Shown: positions 1 to 10,012 of the stretch, piece after piece | How positions within the stretch are numbered: the stretch's first letter is position 1 | How the letters are laid out: every line of letters begins with the position of its first letter | Assembly (NCBI GenBank): GCA_033581555.1 | Contig: JAVQSZ010000005.1 | Span: 32,001-96,000 of the forward strand | Direction of reading: 5' to 3' | Origin: Nitrososphaerota archaeon | GTDB lineage: Archaea > Thermoproteota > Nitrososphaeria_A > Caldarchaeales > Calditenuaceae | DNA: 64,000 nucleotides | Made by a program: the position numbers and the translations under genes | The notes under the pieces: generated by a model | Seen by the model: only the letters and a program-made list of their open reading frames with translations | What the model was told of the DNA's origin: nothing | The model's database searches: none

Positions 1-65
1 AGCTCCTCGAAACCGGACCCGACGTCGAGCAGCGCCTCGATCCTCCTCTTGACAGTGAACGACAT
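1..65 (-). CDS. 5' end of a gene running off the window (MSFTVKRRIEALLDVGSGFEE...), product unknown
   Basis: ATG at 65 on the minus strand, open to the window edge; TATA-like TTAAA about 25 bp upstream; divergent from livG. Confidence 0.5.
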   Translation of the reverse strand, partial: MSFTVKRRIEALLDVGSGFEE

Positions 66-171
66 TCGGCCCACGGGCGATCTGCGACAATTTAACTGCT
101 GGAGCCGCGTGATTCACGAGCATTCGTTCAAGAATCCTTTAATATCGAAGTCAGACCTCAACTGGGGAATT

Positions 172-879
172 ATGGTCATCGTGATCGACCGGCTGAAGAA
201 GTCGTTCGGCGGTGTGAGGGCAGTCAACGGGGTCTCGCTGGAGGTGAAGGACGGGGAGATCGTGGGGATCATAGGTCCGAACGGCTCCGGAAAGACCACG
301 CTCATCAACCTGATCACGGGGTACTACGAGCCCGACGAGGGCCTGATCGAGTTCTCCGGGAAGAGGATAGACGGCATGAGGCCCTACGAGATCGCAGCAC
401 TGGGTGTCGCTCGCACGTTCCAGGTCCCTCGCGTCTTCAAGCGGCTCTCGGTCATGGACAACCTCGCTGCGGCTCTCGCCTTCAACAGGAGGGCCCGCGG
501 GGGAGCAGAGGAGAGGGCCAGGGACCTCTTGAAGGCGTTCGATCTCTGGGACAAGAGGCACGAGCCCGCGGGCAACCTGTCCGGAGGCCAACAGCGGATC
601 CTCGAGATCGTCCGCGCCCTGATGACGAGGCCCCGACTCCTGCTCCTCGACGAGCCCACGGCGGGACTGAACCCTCTCTTCATAGCTAAACTGAAGGACA
701 TCCTGCTGGACATGAAAAGTGAGGGGACGTCGACGCTGATAGTGGAGCATAACATGCGGGTCGTGGTCGACTTCTGCGAAAGGGTGGTGGCCATGAGCGA
801 GGGCCAGATCATCGCCGAGGGCGTTCCCACAGAGGTCCTGATATCACCAGCCGTGATTGACTCTTACCTCGGGAGGTGA
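172..879 (+). CDS. livG: Branched-chain amino acid ABC transporter ATP-binding protein (LivG-like)
   Basis: Walker A GPNGSGKT, ARTFQ, LSGGQ, LLLLDEP, IVEHNM; start moved to ATG 172, about 28 bp after TTTAATA. Confidence 0.92.
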   Translation: MVIVIDRLKKSFGGVRAVNGVSLEVKDGEIVGIIGPNGSGKTTLINLITGYYEPDEGLIEFSGKRIDGMRPYEIAALGVARTFQVPRVFKRLSVMDNLAAALAFNRRARGGAEERARDLLKAFDLWDKRHEPAGNLSGGQQRILEIVRALMTRPRLLLLDEPTAGLNPLFIAKLKDILLDMKSEGTSTLIVEHNMRVVVDFCERVVAMSEGQIIAEGVPTEVLISPAVIDSYLGR

Positions 880-1601
880 GCGACCTGACCGAGCTGGTGA
901 TCAGTAACCTGACCGCGGGTTACGAAGACATCCCCATCGTCAAGTCGGTCGACCTTCAGGTCGATAAGGGCAAGGTGACGCTGATCATAGGACCCAACGG
1001 CTCCGGGAAGTCAACTCTCCTCAACGCGGTCTTCGGCCTCGCCCGGGTCTTCGAGGGACAGGTCGTCTTGAACGGCCGCGAGGTTACCCATCTAGATCCC
1101 AGCGAGAGAGTCAGGCTCGGACTGAGGTTCGTGATGCAGAGGCGGAGCATCTTCCCCCACCTCACCGTGGAGGAGAACCTCAGGATGGGGGCCTGGACCG
1201 TGAGGAACGACAAGACCCGGATGACCTCCGAGCTAGCTAAGGTCTACGACCTCTTCCCGATACTGAAGGAACTGCGCTCCGTGAAGGCTAACCTCCTCAG
1301 CGGAGGTCAGGCACGCATCCTCGAGCTGGCTAGGGGAGTGATGGGCGATGCGAGGGTCCTCCTCTTGGACGAGCCCACGACTGGTCTCTCCCCGAAGTTG
1401 GCCAAGCAGATCTACGATTACGTCCTGAAGCTGCGTCAGATGGGATACACAATTCTTTTGGTCGAGCAGAACGTGAAATCAGGTCTGAGTGTGGCAGACG
1501 ATGTCTTGGTCATGAGAACGGGTTCGCCTATATATTACGGCAGCGCAAATGAAATATCTGTAAAGATGACGGAGATAGTCTCAAGTTGGCTCAAATACTG
1601 A
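876..1601 (+). CDS. livF: Branched-chain amino acid ABC transporter ATP-binding protein (LivF-like)
   Basis: GPNGSGKS, IFPHLTVEENL, LSGGQ, LLLDEP, LLVEQN; GTGA overlap with livG. Confidence 0.92.
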   Translation: MSDLTELVISNLTAGYEDIPIVKSVDLQVDKGKVTLIIGPNGSGKSTLLNAVFGLARVFEGQVVLNGREVTHLDPSERVRLGLRFVMQRRSIFPHLTVEENLRMGAWTVRNDKTRMTSELAKVYDLFPILKELRSVKANLLSGGQARILELARGVMGDARVLLLDEPTTGLSPKLAKQIYDYVLKLRQMGYTILLVEQNVKSGLSVADDVLVMRTGSPIYYGSANEISVKMTEIVSSWLKY

Positions 1602-2535
1602 AAATCTTTAGTCCTGACCTCCTGTAAAAGAAGTAGGAGACACCGCGAGGTTCTATCAACGTGATGATCACTAGAAGCGAACCGTAGAAGGCAAGGGAGA
1701 CCTCTCCGAATCCCGCCGTGACGTAGAAGTAGATAAGCGCGTTAACAAGTCCACCTATTATAGAACCTAAAACGACGCCCTGACCTCCGAGTATCGTGGT
1801 GAGGGCTGCGGTTAGGCTCAGCGAGACCGAGTTGAAGGCGTCCACGTGGACGTACGACAGGTAAAGGGCGTGGACCGCCCCCGCGAGCCCCGTTATGTAA
1901 GCTGAGAATACCATAGCTGTGGACTTCACGAAGAGCGGAGGAACGGCCAAGCTGACCGCGCCCTCTTCGTCGTCCCTGATGGCTGCCATCGAGAGTCCGA
2001 GGTAGCTGTACTTGAGGAAGCCAAAGGCGATGATTGCGGAGATCAGTATCACCAGCGACAACACGAGCGGGACCTCCCTCTCCAGCAACATGAGCTGATG
2101 GATGAAGAAGCCCTGCCCTCCTCCGCTCACCTCCACCCAGTTCAGCAGCACTATGTAAACGATGATCGAGAGCGTAAGCGTCGAGAGCATGAAGAACGGC
2201 CCGCGCAGTCGCATCGCGGGCATCAGGACCGCTACTAACCCGACGGAGAATAGCGGAGCCGCGAGAAGGGCCGGGATTATCGAGCCGAACTGTCTGAAGA
2301 GGTGCGCGAAGGCGAACCCTCCGACCCCGAAGAACATCGCGTTCCCAAGCGAGAAGAGACCGGTCAGGCCGCCGGGGATGTTCCAAGCCACGGAGTTGAT
2401 GGAGTAGAGGAAGAACAGGTACGTCGCGGTGAGGAGGAAGGGCTCGACCCTGGCGAGCGACAGGACCAGCAAGGTCCATCCCGTTAACGCCGATGCTATC
2501 ACCAGGAGGTAGCGGACTGGCGGCCTCGGCCTCAT
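1591..2535 (-). CDS. livM: Branched-chain amino acid ABC transporter permease (LivM-like)
   Basis: Hydrophobic; WNIPGGLTGLFSLGNAMFFGVG, RLRGPFF and AIRDDEEGA motifs. Confidence 0.9.
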   Translation of the reverse strand: MRPRPPVRYLLVIASALTGWTLLVLSLARVEPFLLTATYLFFLYSINSVAWNIPGGLTGLFSLGNAMFFGVGGFAFAHLFRQFGSIIPALLAAPLFSVGLVAVLMPAMRLRGPFFMLSTLTLSIIVYIVLLNWVEVSGGGQGFFIHQLMLLEREVPLVLSLVILISAIIAFGFLKYSYLGLSMAAIRDDEEGAVSLAVPPLFVKSTAMVFSAYITGLAGAVHALYLSYVHVDAFNSVSLSLTAALTTILGGQGVVLGSIIGGLVNALIYFYVTAGFGEVSLAFYGSLLVIITLIEPRGVSYFFYRRSGLKIFSI

Positions 2536-3425
2536 ATCCTCACCCTCTCCCCTAGAATGCCCGTGGGTCTGAACAGTAGCACCACCATCATGAACGCGAG
2601 AGCGACGGCAATCGCGTAGGCGGGCCCGACGGTCAGGACGCTAAGCGTGTGGAGCCCGGAATATATGGCCGCGCCTATCAGGGCGCCGAGGAAGTTCCCC
2701 ATCCCTCCGATGATCGTGATCACGATCGAGATCGTGATGAACTCGATGCCCATAGCCGGGTGGATGGCGAGTGCGGCGGGCATGAGCGAGCCTGCCGTGG
2801 CCGATAGGCCGCATACGATGCCGAAGACCACGGAGAAGACCCTAGAGACGTTGATCCCACAGGTCCTCGCGGCGTCGGCGTCCTGCGAGACGGCCCTTAT
2901 CGCGCGCCCCATGTCGGTTCTGCTCAGCATGAACCAGAGGATCGCCGTGATGACCATGGAGTAGACGAAGATGAACAGCCTCGAGACCTGCAGCCTGACT
3001 CCGAGCACCTCAACTGCACTCGTGACGTATGGCGTCGCGACGGCCCTTATGTTCCCCGTCCAGACCAGGTAAACCAAACCTGTGATGGCCAAGAGGAGCC
3101 CGAAGAAGAGGAGGAGGGTGAACTCGATGACCTGTCCGCCGCGGTACCCCTTCAGTGCCCTCCTCGCTATACCGGACTGGATGAAGTATCCGTACGCGAA
3201 GAACATAGGAAAGGCGAACGGTGGTGAGACCAAAGGGTCGATGCCGAACTGGGAGTGAAGCGCATACGCCAGGTAAGCCCCAAGCGTTATGAGGGCGCCT
3301 TGCGACACGTCGACGATCTTCATCACGCCGTAGATCAGCGTCAGCCCGTAGGCCGCCAGCGCGTAGAGGCCTGCCAAAAGGAGGGAACTGAGGAAGTTCG
3401 TCAGGGCGACCTCAAAAAGACTCAT
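2532..3425 (-). CDS. livH: Branched-chain amino acid ABC transporter permease (LivH-like)
   Basis: YALAAYGLTLIYGVM, GRAIRAVSQD and IIGGMGN motifs. Confidence 0.92.
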   Translation of the reverse strand: MSLFEVALTNFLSSLLLAGLYALAAYGLTLIYGVMKIVDVSQGALITLGAYLAYALHSQFGIDPLVSPPFAFPMFFAYGYFIQSGIARRALKGYRGGQVIEFTLLLFFGLLLAITGLVYLVWTGNIRAVATPYVTSAVEVLGVRLQVSRLFIFVYSMVITAILWFMLSRTDMGRAIRAVSQDADAARTCGINVSRVFSVVFGIVCGLSATAGSLMPAALAIHPAMGIEFITISIVITIIGGMGNFLGALIGAAIYSGLHTLSVLTVGPAYAIAVALAFMMVVLLFRPTGILGERVRI

Positions 3426-3442
3426 GAAGGTGTTACCTCATG

Positions 3443-4744
3443 TCAGCACCTGTTCGGCCTGAAGGCGGACGTCATGGACTCCCTGGGCCAGACGATCTGA
3501 GGCTTCCCGTCTTGCACCTGCACCACCACGAACTGGTTGGTTATCTGACCTCCCGCCCTCTCGTCGAAGTAGATCGACCCTCCCACGATTATCTGAGAGG
3601 GCAGCCCCTTCTCCGGCGAGTTCAGCTGGAGCAGCACCGCATGGATCTTCTCCGGCTCGATCGAGCCCGCCTTCTCTATCGCCCACACGAGCACCCTGGC
3701 GGCCTCGTACGGCACTGCAGCGAACCAGTCTGAGGGCAAATCCAGGTTCTTAGCCTTCACCCAAGCGTCCCACTTCGCGTTGAACTCTCTCACGCCGGCC
3801 CTCGGGTCGGCGGGGTTCCACCACTGTACCCCGAAGACGTTCTCCGCTGCCTTGCCCAGCTCCTTGATTGCCGTCCCTTCAGGACCCCGCGGGCCATAAC
3901 TCACGACGATGTGACAGAGTCCCATCGCGGCGTACTGCCTATGCATCGTGATGTAATCCGGCAGCCTCATGTCGTTGAGCATCGCGTTAGCCCCAGACGC
4001 CTTGATCGCCGAGAGGATCGCAGTGTAGTCCTTCTCGCCTATGGTGTGAAAGGCCTCGTAGACTATCTCGAAGTAACCGGGGTACTTCCTGACCGCCTCC
4101 TTGAGCCCCGCGAGGTATTCCCTCCCGTGATCCGTGTTCTCGTTCACGCTGGCTATCTTCAGGGGCTTCGGCAGGGTCCCCTTGTCGATCTCGGCCTTGA
4201 GCATCTCCATGGTCGTCAAGGCAAGCTGCTTGATCGAGGCTATCATCCCGAACATGTAGTTGTACCGTCTCTTACCGTCCTCTGTGAGGAAAATGGTGCT
4301 CGTCGCACCGCCCGGGTTGACGTAGGGCATCTTGTACCTCTCCGCCACCGGGGCCTGTGCAGCGACCAGCGGCGTGCTGTAGCCTCCTAATATGAGGTTC
4401 ACCTTCTCGACCGTAATCAGACGCTCGAGAAGTGTCGCACTCTTAGTCGGATCTGACTCGTCGTCCAGCACTATTAGCTTCAGTGGAATTCTCTTGTCGA
4501 ACTCTTTCACATAAACTCCCCCGGCTCTATTGACTTCGTCGAAGTATAGTTCGAACGCGGTCTTGAAGTATAGTCCTATCCTCCCGTGCGTCCCACTCAT
4601 AGGCAAGACTGCCCCGACGACGATCTCCTTAGGTGCCTCTCTTCGCGGCCCCGGCGAGATGACGCCCGGCAACAAGACGAAGGCAGCGACGACACCCACA
4701 ACGACGACCAACACCGCCGCTAAGAACACCGTCCTGCGCTGCAT
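3443..4744 (-). CDS. Branched-chain amino acid ABC transporter substrate-binding protein (LivJ/K-like), N-terminal membrane anchor
   Basis: N-terminal hydrophobic helix; VGAVLPMSG, LDDESDP, ILGGYST; start likely ATG 4744. Confidence 0.9.
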   Translation of the reverse strand: MQRRTVFLAAVLVVVVGVVAAFVLLPGVISPGPRREAPKEIVVGAVLPMSGTHGRIGLYFKTAFELYFDEVNRAGGVYVKEFDKRIPLKLIVLDDESDPTKSATLLERLITVEKVNLILGGYSTPLVAAQAPVAERYKMPYVNPGGATSTIFLTEDGKRRYNYMFGMIASIKQLALTTMEMLKAEIDKGTLPKPLKIASVNENTDHGREYLAGLKEAVRKYPGYFEIVYEAFHTIGEKDYTAILSAIKASGANAMLNDMRLPDYITMHRQYAAMGLCHIVVSYGPRGPEGTAIKELGKAAENVFGVQWWNPADPRAGVREFNAKWDAWVKAKNLDLPSDWFAAVPYEAARVLVWAIEKAGSIEPEKIHAVLLQLNSPEKGLPSQIIVGGSIYFDERAGGQITNQFVVVQVQDGKPQIVWPRESMTSAFRPNRC

Positions 4745-4764
4745 GAACGTGTTCAAATATCCTC

Positions 4765-4803
4765 GTATAAAAAGTTTATTATCACTCACAATACTTTAAA
4801 AAT
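4765..4803. promoter_or_regulatory. Divergent archaeal TATA promoters for the SBP gene and the CoA-transferase gene
   Basis: AT-rich patch with TATAAAA (TTTTATA on minus) and TTTAAAAA, each about 22-26 bp from a start codon. Confidence 0.6.
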
Positions 4804-4827
4804 TCGCCTACCGGCATCCGGCGCGGG

Positions 4828-6012
4828 ATGGACCGACCGTTGAAGGACGTGAAGGTGCTCGACCTGAGCCGCGTGATGGCGGGGCCCTTCTGCACGATGG
4901 TCCTCGCAGATCTAGGGGCCGAGGTGATCAAGGTGGAGCCGCCGGAGGGAGACGATTCGAGGAGATTCACGCCGATCGTCGACGGCGAGAGCGCGTACTT
5001 CGCCAGCGTCAACAGGAACAAGAAGAGCGTCGTAGTGGACCTGAAGAGGCCCTCGGGCCAGGAGGTCGTCAGGAGGCTCGCGAGGAGGTCCGACGTGGTG
5101 ATCGAGAACTTCAGGCCGGGCGTCGCGAAGAGGCTCGGCGTCTCCTACGAGGACCTCAGCTCCCTGAACCCCTCACTGATCTATTGCAGCATCACCGGCT
5201 TCGGCCAGACCGGCATCTACTCTCAGAAGCCCGGATACGACCTGATCGCGCTGGCCATGAGCGGCATGATGGACCTCACGGGAGAGCCCGAGGGCGAGCC
5301 GGTTAAGTTCGCGGTCCCGATTGCCGACATCGCTGCGGGGACGTTCGCGGCCATCTCGATACTCGCGGCCCTGATCGAGAGGTCGAGGACCGGAAGGGGC
5401 GCGTACATCGACGTCTCCATGCTCGACGTAATGCTCTACCTGCTCACGCACCAGGCCTCGGCCTTCCTCCTCGCGGGTGAGGTTCCCAGGAGGATGGGTT
5501 CGGCCCACCCCTCGATCGTCCCGTATCAGGCCTTCAGGGCCTCGGACGGTTACGTCATCGTCGCGGTGGCGAACGAACCCCAGTGGCAGAGGCTCTGCGC
5601 GGCTCTCGGGGTCCCGGAGCTCGCTGAGGACGAGAAGTTCCGCACCAACGGCGACAGGGTCAGGAACAGGACCCAGCTGCTGGACATCCTCGGCCCGATC
5701 TTCGCCAAGAGGACCGTCGCCGAGTGGGTCGCGGACCTCGAGCGGGCCGACGTCCCGGTCGCACCTGTCAGATCCGTCAGGGAGGCCCTTACGGACCCCT
5801 ACGTCGACGAGAGGGGAATGGTCGAGAGGGTACGGCACCCAACGCTCGGTGAGGTGGCGCTACTGGCCTTCCCGGTCGTCGTCTCCGGCCTCAGGCCCAG
5901 GGTCAGGAGTCCGCCGCCCACTCTGGGCCAGCACACTGGAGAGGTCCTCAGGTCGCTGGGCTATACCGAGGTCGAGATCGAGGCCCTCAGAAGGGAGGGC
6001 GCGGTCAAGTGA
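4828..6012 (+). CDS. Family III CoA-transferase (CaiB/BaiF)
   Basis: VLDLSRVMAGP, LADLGAEVIKVEPP, NRNKKS, ENFRPG, GYDLIA (catalytic Asp), LGQHT. Confidence 0.95.
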   Translation: MDRPLKDVKVLDLSRVMAGPFCTMVLADLGAEVIKVEPPEGDDSRRFTPIVDGESAYFASVNRNKKSVVVDLKRPSGQEVVRRLARRSDVVIENFRPGVAKRLGVSYEDLSSLNPSLIYCSITGFGQTGIYSQKPGYDLIALAMSGMMDLTGEPEGEPVKFAVPIADIAAGTFAAISILAALIERSRTGRGAYIDVSMLDVMLYLLTHQASAFLLAGEVPRRMGSAHPSIVPYQAFRASDGYVIVAVANEPQWQRLCAALGVPELAEDEKFRTNGDRVRNRTQLLDILGPIFAKRTVAEWVADLERADVPVAPVRSVREALTDPYVDERGMVERVRHPTLGEVALLAFPVVVSGLRPRVRSPPPTLGQHTGEVLRSLGYTEVEIEALRREGAVK

Positions 6013-6018
6013 GGGGAC

Positions 6019-7434
6019 ATGTCCGGTGACCGTCTGCTGGAGCTGGGAGCCGCGGAGCTAGCGGAGAGGATAAGGACCTGCGAGCTCTCGCCAGTCGACC
6101 TGATCGAGAGGCTCCTCGACCACATACGGCGACACAACGGCCTCCTGAACGCGTTCATCACGGTGGCCTCCGAGTCGAGCTTGAAGGAGGCGGAGGTGAT
6201 GGAACGCGAGGCGAGGGAGGGAAGGTTGAGGGGGCCTCTTCACGGCGTGCCGGTAGCGGTGAAGGACCTGATACACGTCAGGGGGATGAGGTTCACGGCA
6301 GGCTCGAGAATACTCTCCGACTCGCGCTCGGAGTCCGATGCGACCGTCGTCGAGAGGCTGAAGAGCGCGGGTGCGATTGTGCTGGGCAAGACTAACCTCC
6401 ACGAGTTCGGTTCTGGGACGACGAACGTCAACCCCCACTACGGCCCTTGCAGGAATCCCTGGTCCCCCGAGAGGATCTCGGGCGGCTCGAGCGGCGGATC
6501 CGCGGCGGCCGTCGCGGCGCTGATGAGCCCTCTGGCGCTCGGGACTGACACCAGCGGCTCGATCAGGATCCCGGCGTCGCTCTGCGGCGTGGTCGGGCTG
6601 AAGCCTACTTATGGTCTGGTCAGCAGGCACGGCGTCATGCCCCTGTCCCCGACGCTCGACCACGTGGGCCCGATGGCGAGGAGCGTCAGGGACGTCGCGG
6701 TGGCCCTCGAGGTCATCGCGGGCTTCGACCCCATGGACGAGTCCTCGGTGGTCTACGACGTCCCGAGTTACGCGGACGCGCTGGAGCAGGACGTCGAGGG
6801 CCTCAGGGTCTGCCTGCTGGAGGGGCAGTTCGAGGTACCTCCCGACGAGGAGGTCGAGAGGGGGTTGTCGAGGGCCGTCGATGCGCTCTCCCGCGCAGGA
6901 GTCGAGGTCGTCGAGGAGAAGTTCGCCGCGGCCCAGAGGGTCAGGGAGTGCTGGGCGCCGATAAGGCTCGGCGAGGCAGCCGCGGTCCACGACGAGTGGC
7001 TCAGGACGAGGCCCCTGGACTACGGCGAGGACGTGAGGATGATGCTCGAGAGGGGGAGGGCTTTCACGGCCGTCGACTACGTTAGGGCCCTCTGGCTGAG
7101 GAGGGAGATCAGGAAGGAGCTGCTGGAGCTCCTGAAGCGCTTCGACGCAGTCCTGTGTTGCTCCACGCCAATCACCGCCCCTAGAATCGGCGAGTCGTCC
7201 GTTACCGTCAGAGGGGAAAGCTACGAGGTCTACACCGCCCTCACGAGCTGGACCATCCTCTTCAACGTCACCGGCTTCCCGGCCGTCTCGGTGCCCGTCG
7301 GCCTATCGAGGGAGGGGCTTCCCATCTCTGTCCAGATCGCGGGGAGACCGTTCGACGAGTCGACCTTGCTGAGGCTCGCGCGCTCGCTCGAGCAGGAGCT
7401 GGACCTCAGGCTCGTCCCGCCGATCGCGAGGTGA
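6019..7434 (+). CDS. Amidase-signature family protein
   Basis: [41 protein letters not shown] (Ser-cisSer-Lys triad). Confidence 0.95.
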   Translation: MSGDRLLELGAAELAERIRTCELSPVDLIERLLDHIRRHNGLLNAFITVASESSLKEAEVMEREAREGRLRGPLHGVPVAVKDLIHVRGMRFTAGSRILSDSRSESDATVVERLKSAGAIVLGKTNLHEFGSGTTNVNPHYGPCRNPWSPERISGGSSGGSAAAVAALMSPLALGTDTSGSIRIPASLCGVVGLKPTYGLVSRHGVMPLSPTLDHVGPMARSVRDVAVALEVIAGFDPMDESSVVYDVPSYADALEQDVEGLRVCLLEGQFEVPPDEEVERGLSRAVDALSRAGVEVVEEKFAAAQRVRECWAPIRLGEAAAVHDEWLRTRPLDYGEDVRMMLERGRAFTAVDYVRALWLRREIRKELLELLKRFDAVLCCSTPITAPRIGESSVTVRGESYEVYTALTSWTILFNVTGFPAVSVPVGLSREGLPISVQIAGRPFDESTLLRLARSLEQELDLRLVPPIAR

Positions 7435-7495
7435 CGCCCGCCCGGGCCGTAGGTCACCAAAAGTGTTTTAACCCGTGAAGGGACTGTATCAGGCA

Positions 7496-8245
7496 ATGAA
7501 GCTGGTCAGGATGGAGGAGGCCGTTGGGCTCATCGAGGACGGCTCCACGGTCACGATCAGCGGCATCTCCTTCTCGAGGAACCCGATGGCGTTCATCTTC
7601 GCCCTCGAGAGGGGCGGGGTCAGGGGCTTGGGCTTCGTCGACAGAGAGCCTGGGGTCGGGTTGGAGTACATGGTCAAGAAGGGAATGGTGAGGAGCGTCA
7701 GGGCCGCGATGGTCTCGCTCGAGTGGTTCGGGATACCCGTGAACTTCAGGAGGGCGATCGAGAGGGGCGAGGTCGAGTTCCTCGAGGACACCTGCGGCGC
7801 CTTCATGGCCGGGATCAGGGCCGGCGCTTTCGGGATACCGTTCATGCCGGTCAGGGGAGTCCTGGGGTCGGACCTCGTCGGGCTTCACGAGGAGGCGGGG
7901 ACATGGAGGGTCATCAGGGACCCGTTCAACGGCGGGGACGTCGTCCTGGTGAAGGCGATAGTGCCGGACGTCGCGGTGATCCACTGCCACAGGGCCGACC
8001 CGCTCGGGAACGCGGAGATCGAGGGCCCGATCTACGAGGACGAGTTCAAAGCGAAGGCCGCGAGGAAGGTGATCGTCACGGCGGAGGAGATCGTCGACGA
8101 GGACTACTTCAAGGGCAGGAGGCCCACAATCCACTCGACCTATGTGACAGCAGTCGTCCATGCACCGGGAGGCGCGAAGCCCACGGGGATGTTCAGGCTC
8201 TACGACCCCGATTACGACGCGATCTGGAACCTCCTCAGCCAGTGA
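7496..8245 (+). CDS. Family I CoA-transferase subunit A (glutaconate CoA-transferase alpha-like)
   Basis: IRAGAFGIPFMPVRG, PDVAVIHCHRADPLGN, KVIVTAEEIV, VVHAPGGA. Confidence 0.88.
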   Translation: MKLVRMEEAVGLIEDGSTVTISGISFSRNPMAFIFALERGGVRGLGFVDREPGVGLEYMVKKGMVRSVRAAMVSLEWFGIPVNFRRAIERGEVEFLEDTCGAFMAGIRAGAFGIPFMPVRGVLGSDLVGLHEEAGTWRVIRDPFNGGDVVLVKAIVPDVAVIHCHRADPLGNAEIEGPIYEDEFKAKAARKVIVTAEEIVDEDYFKGRRPTIHSTYVTAVVHAPGGAKPTGMFRLYDPDYDAIWNLLSQ

Positions 8246-8358
8246 TCGGTCAGGCTAGGGACAGAACTTGACGCGGTCGCGCCCGAAAGCGATCACAGGA
8301 CCTGATCCTAACGCTCTATTACCGGATATCGGTCAGAGGCACGGGAGGACGGGTTCGA

Positions 8359-8545
8359 ATGAGATCGAGAGGGCTGCTGAGGCTCCTATGGGAGGATGAG
8401 GACTTCCGCTGCGCTGTGGGGGGCACCGTAGGGGTCGACGAGCTATCGAGGAGGCTCTTCGTGGTTGAGGGCGAAACGGTCGATGTTGACCTCTACTGCT
8501 AGGGCCGCGGGGGACGGCGAGAGGGCGGTCGTGCTCGTCGCGCGC
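8359..8545 (+). pseudogene. Degraded remnant of an archaeal coiled-coil/PD-(D/E)XK (PaREP/DUF3782-like) gene
   Basis: ATG 8359 reads MRSRGLLRLLWEDEDFRCAVGGTVGVDELSRRL...ETVDVDLYC* (stop 8502); a shifted frame continues RAAGDGERAVVLV. Confidence 0.55.
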
Positions 8546-8617
8546 TCAGTTCCTCTGGCCCGGTGGGACGGAAAGGAAGCAACGTTAAAATTTTAGGAAT
8601 CACCTAAAATCGGCGAG

Positions 8618-9202
8618 ATGTCCGGGCTGTCCCAGAGTCCCCGGAAGCTGCTCAAGGTGACGGAGGCAATAGGCGCGGTCTTCATCTTCTTCGCGGGCGC
8701 GGCGCTCCACTTCACGTTCGAGTGGTCGGGACACAACGTCTTCGTGGGCCTCTTCTCCGCGGTCAACGAGAGCGTCTGGGAGCACCTGAAGCTCGCCTAC
8801 TTCCCGGCGGTCTGGTTAGGACTGGTCCAGTACGCCCTTCTACGGAAGCACTACCCCAACTTCTTCGCGGGCAAGGCGACGGGCGTCTTCTCGGTCCCGG
8901 TGATCATCGTTGTCGGCTTCTATGGCTACCAGGCGATCTTCAGGAGCCACAACCTCGCCTACGACATAGGCCTCTTCGTCTTCTCGGTCGTCGTGGGCCA
9001 GTTCGTCAGCTACAAGATGGTGGTCAAGTACGGGAACAGGAGCCCGCCCCAGCTCCTGCCGGTGATAGCACTTGCCGCGTACGCCGTCGCCTTCTTCGCC
9101 TTCACCTTCGAGCCGCCGAGGCTGGAGCCCTTCAGGGACCCGATCACGGGAGAGTACGGGATCCACGCGGCGCTCCACCATCACCACCACTCGGGTCACT
9201 GA
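8618..9202 (+). CDS. DUF6512-like multi-pass membrane protein with His-rich C-terminus
   Basis: LHFTFEWSG...FSAVNESVWEHLKL motif; about 5 hydrophobic segments; ends LHHHHHSGH. Confidence 0.75.
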   Translation: MSGLSQSPRKLLKVTEAIGAVFIFFAGAALHFTFEWSGHNVFVGLFSAVNESVWEHLKLAYFPAVWLGLVQYALLRKHYPNFFAGKATGVFSVPVIIVVGFYGYQAIFRSHNLAYDIGLFVFSVVVGQFVSYKMVVKYGNRSPPQLLPVIALAAYAVAFFAFTFEPPRLEPFRDPITGEYGIHAALHHHHHSGH

Positions 9203-9216
9203 GTCCGGGCCTCGAC

Positions 9217-9229
9217 ACCCCCTTTTTTC
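9217..9229 (+). terminator. Possible oligo-U terminator
   Basis: CCCCCTTTTTT about 20 bp after the stop codon. Confidence 0.4.
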
Positions 9230-9265
9230 ACCGATAATAGCAAGATGGGCGGAATTAGGCGTGGG

Positions 9266-10012
9266 ATGGCCTCGAGGAGGAACTTCCTCAGGAGCGGTGC
9301 CTTCGTCTCGATCGCCCTCAGCCTCGGGGCGGTGGGACTTACCATCCTCGCACCACTAATAGGAGGGAACGGCACGCGCGACGGCGGGAGGACCGTCTTG
9401 AAGGCGATCAGGCTCCCCAGGCCCCGGACCGACGGCCCCCTCTCCGTGGAGCAGGCGATCCTCCGGAGGAGGTCAAGGAGGGAGTACACCGGGGAGCCCC
9501 TGACGGTCGAGGAGGTGGCGCAGCTCCTCTGGGCGGCGCAGGGCATCACGGCTCCTCACCTCTGGACCGGCCTCAGGTCGGCCCCCTCCGCCGGAGGCCT
9601 CTACCCGTTGGAGACCTACGTCGTCGTCAAGGAGGGCGGGGTGATCGGGCTGGAGGCGGGTGTCTACCGCTACGACCCGCACGGGCACGAGCTAGAGATG
9701 GTTGCCGCGGGCGACCACAGCGGGCAGCTGATGGCCGCGTGCGTGGACCAGGAGTGGGTCGGGTCCGCGGCGGTGAACGTCGTCTTCACGGCGGTCGTCG
9801 AGAGGACCAGGGCCCGTTATGGCGACAGGGCCCTCCAGTACGTCTTCCAGGAGTCCGGACACGCGGCGCAGAACGTCTACCTCCAGGCCGAGTCCCTCGG
9901 TCTCGGGTGCGTGGTGGTGGGAGCGTTCTACGAGGACGAGGTCCGGGCGATACTCAGGGCCCCGAGGCGCGAGCTCCCGGTCTACGTGATCCCCGTTGGG
10001 AGGCCCGCGTGA
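9266..10012 (+). CDS. SagB/ThcOx-type nitroreductase-fold flavoprotein with twin-arginine signal
   Basis: SRRNFL followed by a hydrophobic stretch; RRRSRREY, QLLWAAQGIT, RSAPSAGGLYPLE, ESGHAAQNVYL. Confidence 0.9.
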   Translation: MASRRNFLRSGAFVSIALSLGAVGLTILAPLIGGNGTRDGGRTVLKAIRLPRPRTDGPLSVEQAILRRRSRREYTGEPLTVEEVAQLLWAAQGITAPHLWTGLRSAPSAGGLYPLETYVVVKEGGVIGLEAGVYRYDPHGHELEMVAAGDHSGQLMAACVDQEWVGSAAVNVVFTAVVERTRARYGDRALQYVFQESGHAAQNVYLQAESLGLGCVVVGAFYEDEVRAILRAPRRELPVYVIPVGRPA

